Below are positions 37,855-49,599 of a DNA stretch of 64,000 nucleotides, piece after piece (position 1 is the stretch's first letter; each line of letters begins with the position of its first letter). The position numbers and the translations under genes are program-made. The notes beneath the pieces were generated by a model. It searched no databases. It was not told where the DNA came from and saw only the letters and a list, made by a program, of their open reading frames with translations. This DNA is from Okamejei kenojei (Eukaryota), in the NCBI GenBank assembly GCA_035221665.1, contig CM069132.1, positions 64,232,001 through 64,296,000 on the forward strand. Direction: 5' to 3'.

Positions 37855-38873
37855 TGAAATATTGACAGGCTCTATCCACAGATGTTGCATGAATGGAGTC
37901 GTTCAGAACAAGGAGAGTTCTCCTGGTCCTCGTCTTCCACCCACTAGTCTCTGCATCTTCTAATACATCATTCTCTGATATTTCTGCCAACTTCGATGTG
38001 ATCCCAACACTAGTTATATCTTTCCATCCCCACCCCTTTTTGTTTCTCTAGAGATCACTACATCTACATCCCTTGTTCACTCATCCCTTTCCAATAAAAA
38101 TAATTGCCCTCCCCAGGCGCTTTCCCCTGAAACCGCAGGAGATGTAACACCTGTTGCTACATCTCTTTCACATCCGTCCAGGGATGCCAGCAGCCCTTTC
38201 AGGTGAGATAGGTTCCCACGCACCTCTTTCAAACTTGCCTATTGCATTCAGTGCTCCCATTGAGGCTTCCTTTATGTGGGAGAGACCAAGCACAGAGTAG
38301 ACAACCATTTCATAAAATACTTGCACAGTCTGCCAGGGCCTGCTGATTCTCCTAGTTACTGACCACCTTGATCAAGAGTTCACACATCAATATAGGATAT
38401 GTCCACAGCTCTCCACAATATCTTGCAAACTTGGACAGAGCAGTAGTCCTAGCAAGTTGTGGTATATCCAGGAGGAAGGCTTCTATTGTGCATCTGTGTA
38501 AATTGGTAAGAGTTGGACACTTTTCTGAATTTCAGTGGCCTTTTGAGGAAGTAGATGGATTTATGTGCTTTCTTGGTCATAGTGTCAATGTAGTTGGACC
38601 TGAACAAATTGATGCTGATATTTACATCTCGGTACTTGAAGCTCTCAACCATCTCCACTTCACATTGATACAGACTGCAGCAGGTACTCCATCTTGCTTC
38701 CTAAAGTTGATGACCAGCTCCTTCATTTCAGTTGACATCGAGGGAGTGGTTGTTGTTTTGATACCATGAAATATTGACAGGCTCTATCCACAGATGTTGC
38801 ATGAATGGAGTCGTTCAGAACAAGGAGAGTTCTCCTGGTCCTCGTCTTCCACCCACTAACCTCTGCATCTTCT
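37855..38873 (+). repeat. 107-bp direct duplication (37855-37961 and 38767-38873)
   Basis: Copies are identical apart from 2 adjacent bases (GT vs AC); offset 912 bp. Confidence 0.9.
37900..38370 (+). mobile_element. Decayed Penelope ORF fragment (GIY-YIG region)
   Basis: Colinear with 63050-63590 minus strand; reads LYVGETKHR at 38270-38296. Confidence 0.75.
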
Positions 38874-38995
38874 CTATCAAATTATAGTGCTCTATCATTT
38901 CTGTACTCTGTCTTGTTGTTTGAGATCCAGACAACTACAATAGTGATGTCTGAGTGAGTGTAAAGTGCTGATAATGCATTCTTGTGGGGCACCGA
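38400..38995 (-). mobile_element. Rex1/Babar LINE fragment, decayed
   Basis: MEMVESFKY..KKAHKSIYFLKR; upstream GAPQEC motif; interrupted by the 107-bp duplication. Confidence 0.65.
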
Positions 38996-39069
38996 TGAAG
39001 CAAATTAACTTGGAGGAGGTTTTGTCACTTATCCTAGCTGATTGTGGTCCATGGATCTGCAATTTGAAG

Positions 39070-39540
39070 ATCTGCTCTCCAACTTTATTGTCTCCCAGTC
39101 CTGCATAGCCCGCTTTTACCTTCCCCCCATAAATCCACAATCACAACTGCCCTGGCAGACCCATTGCTTCTGCCTGCTCCTGTCCCATGGCAATTATTTC
39201 CACGTATCTCGACTCCATCCTATCCCCCCCGGTTCAATCTCTCATGACCTATGTCCAAGATACTTCATACTTTGTCTCTTTAATGACTTCCGCTTTCCGA
39301 GTCCCCACTCCCTCATCTTTATCACTGTACACCTCCATCCCCCATCAGGAAGGCCTTAAAGTCCTCCGTTTCTTCCTCGACCGCAGAACCATCCAATTTC
39401 CCTCTACTAAAACTCTATGCCTAGCGGAGCTGGTCCTCTCCCTCAACAACTTCTCCTTCCACTTCCTCCAAGTCCAAGGCATAGCTATGGGCACCCACAT
39501 GGGCCCTAGCTATGCCCACCTCTTTGTAGGGTATGTTGAT
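39070..39540 (+). mobile_element. Penelope RT fragment
   Basis: SLYTSIPHQEGL, LAELVLSLNNFSF, GIAMGTHMGPSYA. Confidence 0.85.
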
Positions 39541-39639
39541 TTGGTCTCTGTGACCATGTAATGACCAAGTTATAAATTCACTTAGGGAAGGTCATCTCCT
39601 AAATTTATCTCATCTGGCTCTAGATCCACGGTAAGAAAG

Positions 39640-40500
39640 TGTCCCACTTTCACAACCTAATTCACGACCTCTGCCGAGTTTGCCCTTGACTCAGAATAAG
39701 AATCGCACTGTATTCGCCAAGTATGTTTTGCAACATACGAGGAATTTCATTGGCCAGATCAGTCATACAATTAAAAGTAACAGTACACTCAAAAATACAC
39801 ATTTTAACATGAAACATCCACCACAGTGACTCCTACACATTCCTCACTGTGATAGAAGGCGAAATAAAGTTCAAGTCCTTCCCTTAGTTCTTCCTCGGTC
39901 ATGGGCCTCGAGCCCCCATTGACGGGACAATCTTGACACCTGTAGCCGATGGCGTTCGGGCTCCTGACTCGGCCTCACCCGAAGACTGCGAGCCCTTGGT
40001 GTTGATTCTGCGGTGGTCGTGGTGGGTGCGATCCCAGGCAAGGGATCCGCTCTGATGTTAAGTCCATGCCCCGCGGTGGGGCTCACGACAGTCCGAGGAG
40101 GCTTCCAGCTCCATCGATGGTAGGCTGCAGAGCCCGGAGTATGTGATCCGAAAATTGATCACATCTCCGGGAAGGTAAGAACCTGAAATAACATTTTCCG
40201 CTATCCCCTCCCCCACATAAAACAAACCGAAGAACATTAAAACAAACTTTAGACAAACTAAAAAATAACAAAAAGAAAGAAAATACGAACAGGCTGCCGT
40301 CAGGGCAGCCAGATCCCCGGCGCCCCTGGTGGTCTCGCACTCGTACTCGCAGCATGGTCGTCACGAAGTCGTAGGTAGGTCGTGATGCTGGTCGTAGGTA
40401 CTTGTGGCATCAAGTAGGTCGGGGCGTTTTTCTAGCATGATGAAAAATGTCCATGAGTAAAAAAGGTTGTGAATTAGGTCGTGAAAGTGGGACAGGCCCT
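39640..40500. mobile_element. PIF/Harbinger-type MITE split by a retroelement
   Basis: TGTCCCACTTTCACAACCTAATTCAC and GTGAATTAGGTCGTGAAAGTGGGACAGGCCCT followed by TAA; left tip lost. Confidence 0.8.
39693..40338 (-). mobile_element. Second copy of the Rex-tailed non-autonomous retroelement
   Basis: Colinear with 14560-15367; ACTC on both sides; the empty site CCTTGACTCGTACTC is seen in the related MITE at 34278-34292. Confidence 0.8.
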
Positions 40501-41598
40501 TAAGGCTAGCATTTCAATACCCCCTCAAATACCCCAGCCACACAGTTCAAAGCCATGTGTGACATTTCCATTCCTTGCAACAGGCGCACCTGTGAGCACA
40601 TTTTGAAAGAATGATTAAAATAAGCACAGGAAAAAGTCCCGCTGAGATTTATTGCTTTGATTTGGATGGAAGGAAAGGAATACCAATAGGTTTAAAGTGT
40701 CAGAGCTGTAGCAGACTGGTTGCTTAAAGGGCTCTGGCCAAGAATGGATTTCAAGAATCCTCACATACAGCAATGTGTAAGGAGGTTTACTCCTTTGTCA
40801 ATATTTAATTCAAACTCGATGTGTGTATATTAGGATATAAAATAAAAAATGAGGCCAGCAGGCTGTATTGTAAGTTATGCATTCCCTTTGTAGGTGAAAA
40901 CAAAAGTTCCATAAAATTTTCATTTTAATAAAGATCAGAAAGAACTATTGGCTTATAAATATCACAAGTTTTAGATTTGATGCTTTGTTTCGATTCCCTC
41001 CTATAACTATTGGCAAACGTATCAGATCTTTGTTCCTTGCATTGTATTACGGACTAGTTTTCTTTTCACAGCTAACATGATGCAATTAATATGATCGGTA
41101 TTTGGATTCCTGCAATTGAAAGTTGAAAGCTTCCTTTCCTCTCTTACTAATTGGTTCTCTTAAATTCCAATAGGAATGTGAAGGTAAAAAAACTTTAGTT
41201 GCTGCGGTATTCGAGGCAAATAATATTATGGATAGGGTTAAATGTTTTAATTTATGAAAGATATTTGTGGCTTGGCTTTATTTCTGTGATTTTAGCCTTG
41301 GGCTTTACAACAACAGATCTATTTTAACCACTGTATTGGAACTTGTTTAACTTGACTGTCCAGTCCACCACTATGAAAACAAAGAAGGGACATGCTTCAA
41401 ACTGAGCTACTTTCAGAAAGAATTTAAATAATAATCTGGTGCCTGTCTATATGTATCTGCTGCAAATTTCAGCAATTTATTTTTTTATTTCTGCAGTATA
41501 TTATTTATTTTAAATGTATTTCTGCATTTTTAGTCAAGTGCATATTTATGTTAATTGATGACCACTGTTAACTGAGTTTGGCAGAAATCTAATAGTAA

Positions 41599-42956
41599 CT
41601 AGACCAAGTGCAGACCCGTTGGGTCTGTTCCCCCAACGCGCGGTTGCAGGGGGGGGGGAGGGGGGCACATGCAGCGTCACACGCATTAACCACCCTGCAC
41701 ACATTCTAACTACCCCCCTTGATATTATATTAATATTTTTAATTTGCTCCTTTTACACAATAACCGCCCAATCCACTGACGCATAGCCCCCAACTCGCAG
41801 GCGCGTCTAGGGAGGGGGGGGGGGCAAGAGAGTGAGAGCAGAGAGAAAATAAGAGAGAGAGAGAGGGGCAGAGACAGAAGGTCAAGAGACAGAGGGAGAG
41901 GAGGGTGGAGGAGAGGAAGGGTGGGGAGAGAGATGGGAGGGGAGAGAGGGGGGCTGAGAGGGGGAGGGTTAGGGGAGGGGGAGAAGGGGTTTAGGGGAGG
42001 GAGCGCAGGGGGTGGGGAGAGAGCGGGAGGGGGGAGAGGCAGAGAGGGGGAGATGGGGGGAGAAGGGTGGGTGGGAGAGGGGGAGGGGGAGATGGAGGGG
42101 GAGGGAGAGGGGGAGGGAGAGGGGTGGGAGGTTGCAGGGGCCCGAGTGATCCGAGGACCAAAGATCCTATCGCGAGCTATAGGCTCTTTGCTGAGGACTG
42201 CCAAAAGCTTCCGCCAGCATTACAGAGGATCGGGCCGAGAGGAGGTCATCCCCTGTGACGGGTAGAGAGGAAAGAGGAGGAGGGGGGGCAGAGCCGGGCG
42301 AGTGAGTGGGCTGTGAAGAGCGGAGATAGAACCCAGCTTAACTCTCTGGAAACCGGCAGCCGGGCGGGCACGGGAGGTGCGGGGCTTCACGAGCTGCACG
42401 GGCAGCGAGAAAACTTCCCTCGCTCGAGGCGTCGCTCGCTCACAGCCGGAAGCAACCGGTTTGCTTCTGAATCCTCTCCGTCTTCCTCGCCCAATCGTAG
42501 ACCATGGCGCCGGCGGCCCTTATCGTCGCGTGGGGCACGCGATGAGAAGGTGGCCCAGGCGGCCATTATTCCATCTGGATCTTTGGTCGAAGCGAAAAAA
42601 TGACTGAGTGGGTGGGGGAGGGTAGTGGAAAGTGTCCCTGCGCGTTGAGAGCATCTGCTTTAATCGAGAGCGGGGGTGGGTGGGGGGGGGGGGGGGGGGG
42701 GGGGGGGGGGTGTGGTGCCGCGTGCAAGGGCATTGTGGCTTCCGCAGCTGCAGCAGCAGTTTGGTTTTGATACAACAGTCCGTTTTGTGAACAATTTTAT
42801 TGAAAATGTGGGGCGACAAATGACTAAATTTACAGATGAGTAGATGAAATCATAAGTTAAATCCCTACCGAAATATGTAAAAATCTCCGCGTTTTTTCGT
42901 CTGGTTTTGAAGGATAAAGGCAATACGTTTCAAAGGCTATTTTAAAAGTATATAGA
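41599..42956 (-). mobile_element. Non-autonomous Helitron
   Basis: Minus strand reads A|TC..CTAG|T (AT target, no TSD); hairpin CAGACCC-GTT-GGGTCTG at 41611-41627, 8 nt from the terminal CTAG. Confidence 0.8.
41810..42130. repeat. G/A-rich low-complexity tract inside the Helitron
   Basis: Almost pure purine sequence with many G runs; further poly-G at about 42682-42710. Confidence 0.9.
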
Positions 42957-43188
42957 TTGAGGAACAAGTAAACAATGTAACTATTTCCAAACCATTAGTA
43001 ATTTGATCTGGGAAGATTCTTCTACAATGATGAGCTAGTTATTTACTACCGCTTCTTAAATCAAAATGGAGTTATTTAGATCCTGTTTAAAACTTTGAGA
43101 CACAAGGAACTACAGATGGTGGATTCTTGATCAAAACACAAAGGGCTGAAGTAACTCAGCAGGACATGCTGTGGAGGAATGGATACGT

Positions 43189-45130
43189 TTTAGCGGAAGG
43201 AGAAACGCCAACCAAAGTTTCTGAACTGATTTATTTACACAATCGCTCCTTGGCAAACAGGTCTCTGCAAACACGTCTGATGACAACAGTGGTCAGCAAA
43301 ACAACTGTGATGCAAAAGCGAAACCGCGCGAAAACAGCAGCCCCTCCCGAGTCACGTCACTGCGGCCACCGAACGGCGGGTTCGATATCTGTGTGCGCCA
43401 GCAGGCGCCGCTACATGGCCCCCACCAGAATCCGCGGTACGGAAACGCATGGGTAACCGGACGGTTCGACCGGAATGCGTAGTCCGAGGGGCGAGCGTAA
43501 CATTCTGGGCCGGCAAAACAGAACCGGAGGGATGCGACAAACAGAAACAAGGGACGGACGTAACAGAGGGGACCGGTGAAACATAACCGGGGGTGACGGG
43601 TGCAGAGTGCGGTAAAACGGCCGGCGGACGCCCTCTACGCCGTGGAGTGGCCACAGTCACCAGGCTATCCTCGTCGACGTAGGCTGGCTTAAGGCGGCTA
43701 ATGGAGACAAACTCCTCCCTGCCACCCATGTCCAACGTGAATGTCGAGGTACCAGTCTCTAACACCTTGTACGGTCCCTCGTACACCCACTGTAATGGCG
43801 AGCGGTGAGCATCCCGACGAAGGAAAACATAAGCACAATCCCGTAACATAGTAGGCACATGCACCGCGGACGACCCATGTCGAGAGGTGGGGACCAGGAC
43901 CAACGCGCGCGCCCGATCGTGAAGGTCAGCTAGCACCGCTGAAGCCGGGACCTCCTGATCGCAGGCAGAAAGTCCCGAGGTACCCGCAAAACCGAGCCAT
44001 AAACCAGCTCGGCCGATGAGGCATCGCGGTCTTTCTTGGGCGTAGTTCTGATGCCTAGGAGAACCCAGGGCAACTGGTCAACCAAATCGGGGCCAGTGAG
44101 CCGGGCCTTCAACGCCAGCTTAAAGTGTCTGTGAAACCGCTCGACTAAACCGTTCAACTCCGGATGATACGCGGTGGTCTGGTGTAGCTTCGTGCCGTAC
44201 AGCCGCACCATACCATACCACAGTGTGGACGTGAACTGACCCCACGATCAGTAGTGATATCTGAAGGGACCCCGAAACGAGCGATCCAATTGGAGACAAT
44301 AGCGTGGGCGCAAGCCTCAGCGGAGGTATCCGTTAACGGTATTGCCTCCGCCCACCTGGTGAACCTCTCCACGATAGTTAGTAATTGAGTGGCCCCACGT
44401 GAACACGGCAAGGGTCTCACCAGGTCAACGGATGTGCAGTAACCTGCCGTCTGGAACAGCTAAATCCTGCACGGGCGGGCGCACATGCCCCTGCACCTTG
44501 GAAGTCTGACGGGATACAAGCGCGGGCCCATGCTGCAACCTGCTTTCGTAACCCGTGCCAGACGAACTTGGAAGCAACCAGGGCAGAGGTGGCGTGGATG
44601 GATGGATGGGTGAGCTAGGCTGTGGATGGTGTTGAAAATCCGCGCCTCCAGGCAATCGGGACGATCGCCCGGGCTTTATCAGTTGAGACATCGCAAATGA
44701 CTCACACGCCTGCGGCGCCGCAAGGCACCTCAGTCAGCTTGAGACCCGTTTCAGCATTACGGTAATCCTCCATTCCGGCGTCAGCCCTTTGAGCTGCTGC
44801 CAGCTCCGCATAATCCACACCTAGGTTTAAAACGGAAACCTCAGGAACCGCCGGACGGTAGAGCGCATCGGCCACAACGTTCAGCTTCCCCGCCACATGC
44901 CGAATGTCAGACGTGAACTCGGATATGTAGGCGAGGTGCCGTTGTTGCCTGGCAGACTAGGGGTCAGACACCTTATTTAAAGTGACTTGTGGTCCGTGAA
45001 TGCAGTAAACGCTGCCCTCTAGGGAATAACGGAATTGTCAGATCGCTAGGTAAAGTGCGAGGAGCTCACGATTGAAAGCGCTGTACTTGATCTCCGGGGC
45101 CCGCAGCTGCCTGCTGAAAAACGCCAGGGG
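43189..45130 (-). mobile_element. Ty3/Gypsy LTR retrotransposon 3' half (CsRn1-like): RNase H, integrase, PPT, 3' LTR
   Basis: FFSRQL..KYSAFNRELLALYLAI; [24 protein letters not shown]; [17 protein letters not shown]; YEGPYKV; G-rich PPT then TGTAGCGG at 43415; LTR 43189-43415 with AATAAA. Confidence 0.92.
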
Positions 45131-46290
45131 GAAAAAACTGGGAAAGAGGATGGACTGGGACAAAGTCTGGCAAATGGTAGGTGGATTTGGGCGAAGGGGT
45201 ATAGATTGACAGATTGGTGGACAAAGGCCTGAGATGAAAATACATGGGTGCAGGATAGAAAGAAATTGAATGAAATGTGAAGCCAGAGGAAGAAATATAG
45301 GTGGTAGGGAAAGGAGGGAGGGATAGTGGGAAAGATTGCACATTTACGTGAAGCTCAGGGAAGAAAGATGTGAAAAGGGTAAGGGAGGGTTTGTTACTTA
45401 AAATTGAAGAATTCAATGTTCATATTGTTGGGTTGTAAGCTACCAAGGATAAAGTTCCCCACCAGTCTCCACATCGAGCACATTCTCCCACATTTCCGTA
45501 CAACCTCACAACCAGTAGCATCTGCTCATCCCTACCCATTCACACTTTCTCCAGAAATCACTCAATCCGCAACTCCTTCATTCATTCATCTTATCCCACT
45601 CAAACTGCGTGTGTCCCCCCCTCTTCCACCCTGCAATACTTTCCTTTGTAATTGATGGAAATGTGACACCTGTCCTTGTAACTCCTCCTTCACATTTATC
45701 CAAGGACCCCTGCAGCTTTTCCAGGTGAGGCGGAGGTTCATAGGCACCCCCTCTAACTGCTTTCAGTGGTCCCGATCTGTCCTTTACTTGGGCGAGTCAA
45801 AGTATAGCCTAGGCGCTGTAATAATGACAATTGCGCTTGTCTACCAAGTTGTTAAGCATTGTAACTCCTCGTCCCATACCCACACTGATCATTCTGCCCT
45901 GCACCGCCTCCATTGCCAGAGTGAGGCCACATACAAACTGGAGGAACAGCAATGCCAACAATATGAACATTAAATTCTCTATTCCAGTGCCCCCCTACCC
46001 CATTGCCTACCCATTTCTCTCACTGTCAAGCCCTCTTTCCTTCCTGCCTCCCTTGGCTTTATATTTTTCTCCTTATCTTCTTTTGATCTCTAGCACTTGT
46101 CCACCCATCTACTAATCAAACCCAACATTCCACCTGTATCCACCTGTCACTAGCCAGTCTTTGTCTCGCTCCTGCCTCTTATCCACCTTTCTGCCCAACA
46201 ATCAGTCTGAAGGCGGCTCCCAACCGGAAATGTTGCCTGTCCACACCCGCCTCACCCGACTTGCTGAGTCACTCTAGCATTCTGTCACTC
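45130..46290. mobile_element. Decayed Penelope 3' regions in inverted arrangement
   Basis: Minus-strand piece 45130-45450; plus-strand GIY-YIG remnant (LYLGESK, YKLEEQ) ending in a decayed CTGAAG..GGAAA core near 46206-46232. Confidence 0.65.
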
Positions 46291-46995
46291 TAGGTCTTAA
46301 ACTTTATTGATTCTGTTCCTGCTAGAATTGGTTGATTGCAACATTAATATTTGGCAATGTGCAATTAATCGGAAGAGACAAAAAGTCCTGTGGTTCTGCA
46401 GTTGAATGGTCGCCTTCTTTGTGTAAGAGTTAAGTAGTTAAGTCAAACAATGTACAACTTTACAGTCTGCCTCGTTAAAACATCCCCTCCCCCACCACCC
46501 AGTCTGCTGCCACTCCATTCATTCAACACACTTGATTATCAAACAGATTCCACACAGATTTTGAATTGAGATTGTTTTGCCCACCAGCAGACAGTGGGAG
46601 TCTTCACACATGGAAGCAGATTTGCAACTGAGATAAAAGGTTGACCTTTCTTCTTTGCTTCCTTCTGGAACAAGGCATATTCTCCAGAGTACACTACTTT
46701 AATATCTAATCATGGCATTTTTCCAGTACTGAGAGCTGCATGTACGTAGGTTACAAATATTGCAGCAGGTGAAGAACAAAATGCTTGGTTAATGTGTCAG
46801 GCAAGCATTGACCCGTCCACTCTCTTTGCAGTCATTATGTTCATACCAACTTTAAAAATAAATGGTGCGCAAAGCTTCCATAAAAGGGTTGATAAAAGGC
46901 AGATTCTTCACTGAATATTGTCAACCATGCTCCTGCTGGATCTTTCAGATTAAACCATTTCCATCTCCGACAAAACATTTAGTAAAAATGTGTGG

Positions 46996-47127
46996 GGTAC
47001 ACAAAAAGCTGGAGAAACTCAGCGGGTGCAGCAGCATCTAAGGAGCGAAGGAAATAGGCGATGTTTCGGGTCGAGACCCTTCTTCAGACCTGATAGGCGA
47101 CGTTTCGGGTCGAGACCCTTCTTCAGA
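46996..47127 (-). mobile_element. Penelope pLTR with tandem duplicated hammerhead-like motif
   Basis: Two copies of ATAGGCGAYGTTTCGGGTCGAGACCCTTCTTCAGA, 39 bp apart (47054 and 47093). Confidence 0.85.
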
Positions 47128-47249
47128 ATGACAAAATGTGTAATTACCACACCTGAACTTGATAGTGAAGGCAAGATGTCACAAAAATTATATTTGGTAA
47201 CCCTGGTATCTGAGACAGCACTAAGATAAAGTAAGGAGACTTTGAAGGT

Positions 47250-47760
47250 ATGAGACGGGAATTGGCTAGGAGAGACTGGCAAATTATACTTAAAGGGTTG
47301 ATGGTGGAAATGCAATGGCAAAGATTTAACAACCGCATGGATCAACTCCAAAAATTGTTCATTCCTGTTTGGTGAAAAAATAAAACGGGGAAGGCGGCTC
47401 AACCGTGGCTAACGTGGGAAATCAAGGATAGTGTTAAATCCAAGGAAAAGGCATATAAATTGGCCAGAGGAAGGAGCAAACCGGAGGACTGGGAGAAATT
47501 TAGAACTCAACTGAGGAAGACAAAGGGGTTAATTAAGAGGGGGGATAAAGAGCGTGAAAGAAAGCTTGCGGGAAATATAAAACTGAATCTTAAAGCTTTT
47601 TTAGATATGTAAAAAGGAAAAGATTAGTGAAGACAAATGTAGGTCTCTTACAATCAGAGACAGCTGAATTTATAATGGAAGACAAAGAAATGGCAAAACA
47701 GTTAAACAAGTACTTTGTTTGGCTCTTTGTTCTCTAAGGAAGACACAACCTCCCAGAAAT
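47250..47760 (+). mobile_element. CR1 ORF2 middle fragment
   Basis: FFRYVKRKRLVKTNVG region, as at 55500-55560 and 61005-61035. Confidence 0.8.
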
Positions 47761-48649
47761 GATTATGGTGTTAAGCAATGTGGTTGATGAAAAGCCTATT
47801 AAAAGTGTGTTGGGATATTAATAGTCTGGAAAACCTGCCAGTTCAGCATCAAAGCCATCAGTTTTTATCAGTTGTACTGAAACTAATTGTTATCAAGACT
47901 GCAGTAATTAAGGAACAACCATACTCTATTATAATAGGTCAATAGATAATAACCAATATTTAAGATATTGGTAGAATTGATTTCAATATGCAGACGTTTT
48001 AATTGTTGCCGCAAACTGCTTCAAGGTATTGTGGTACTCGGTATTCCCAAAAGGAGCTTTGAAGTAAAATGAACAGCTGTGACATTAAAGAATATTCTTG
48101 CATGTTATTCAAAGCAAGCACAGTGTACTAGCTGGCCTGCCTAACTTTTCAGCAAAAGAATTGAGTGCACGTGTTCATTTCATTAAAATAGATGCGTTAG
48201 GTACCACTCTTAAGATAAACAATGTTTGTCTCCTTCCCAGAGGTATTGCTTTAGAAGGCTACTGTCCTAACAATACAAACCACTGCTGCACAGTAACAAT
48301 GTACATGCATGTCATTGTGCAGCTCTGGGATGCAGCGCTTAAAGCCCGACTATCAGCAGATATAAAACTATGGTGGCTTTAGATCTCCTGCTGATGGACA
48401 AATTGAACGCCATCTGAAAGTCTATACTGATATTTCACCTCGCATTTTGTGTTTATCCCTTTACTGTATTCATTGATAGAATGTCCCCTGGAAATCTTAA
48501 ATTACAAATAATGTAGGAAACAGCAGCAGGAGTAAACTTTTCAGCCCACTTTGGAATTCAGTAGACAATAGGTGCATGAGTAGGTCATTTGGCCCTTCGA
48601 GCCAGCACCGCCATTCAATGCAATCATGGCTGATCATCCACATTAAACT

Positions 48650-49594
48650 GTGGTTTTCCAATGCCTTCCGGAATTATATTTTCTCGGGGTGCGAGCTTTT
48701 TCTGAAGATTCGTTCCGACTGCCGGTATGTGAAAAAAAAAATTTAAATCGCCCGACTATTTCAGCACTGGAGTAAAATAAAAATTAGCTTCTAATGCCAT
48801 GAATGCCGACAACGGGGACGGATTTTACGTAGGGGACGGGTAAAGGAAATCCATTTATTTTTACATATAAACTTGCTTGTCAAGATGACCTTAATCAACA
48901 TTTCATGTTGCGAAACGGTGATTTATTCCCCATATGAACCGGCAGTATTTTTCCTGCCGATATGGGGCTTAAATTTACCGCAACTGCAACCTTCCAATCC
49001 ATCGCGTTCCAGAAAATCCCACTTGCAAGTTGATTTAAATGGCCATTAATTTTCGGGAATTAAACACTAAATTCCTTCAATTTGGCCCTTAGATTCATAA
49101 CAATTAGATTTAAAAATCATGTTATATTGTGAATTATTGTGTGAATGTTATTTGGACACTTAGGCTTTTTATAATATGTTAATATCTTCTTAATAAATGG
49201 AAAGATGTTTAGATCTAGTAATTGAATTTTGTAATTAGCTACAATTGGGTAACTAACTAATAATATGCTTTAATTTCAGGTCATCCAAGTAAGATTGTTT
49301 CATATTTGTTTCAGAATGCTTCAATCTATAATAACTGAACATTTCTTTCAGTTCTCTTAATTTTTAAGAAAGTTAAGGGCTTGTGATTGTCCTCGATCAC
49401 AGCTTTTGTGTTAAGTCAATGGACAAGCAATAGGGAACAAGATGCTAATTTCCGAGTATGAAAATGGCCATAACTTTTTTAATACTGAAGATATGAATGT
49501 GAATTAGGTGTCAAATTAAACTTTTTATGCTTTATTTGATGGGATAAATTGCAGACTTGATTTTTAAAATCTCAAAACTTTGTAACATTGCTAC
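48650..49594. repeat. Unclassified interspersed repeat fragment, possibly DNA transposon
   Basis: Abrupt junctions with a CR1 tail (48560-48640) and the L2 3' end; CpG-containing left part; no TIR pair or ORF found. Confidence 0.3.
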
Positions 49595-49599
49595 ATATA

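Noticed and set aside
41725-42265. Pro-rich and Gly-rich ORFs (also 15007-15346, 42520-42923)
   Set aside because: Translations of low-complexity G/C tracts.
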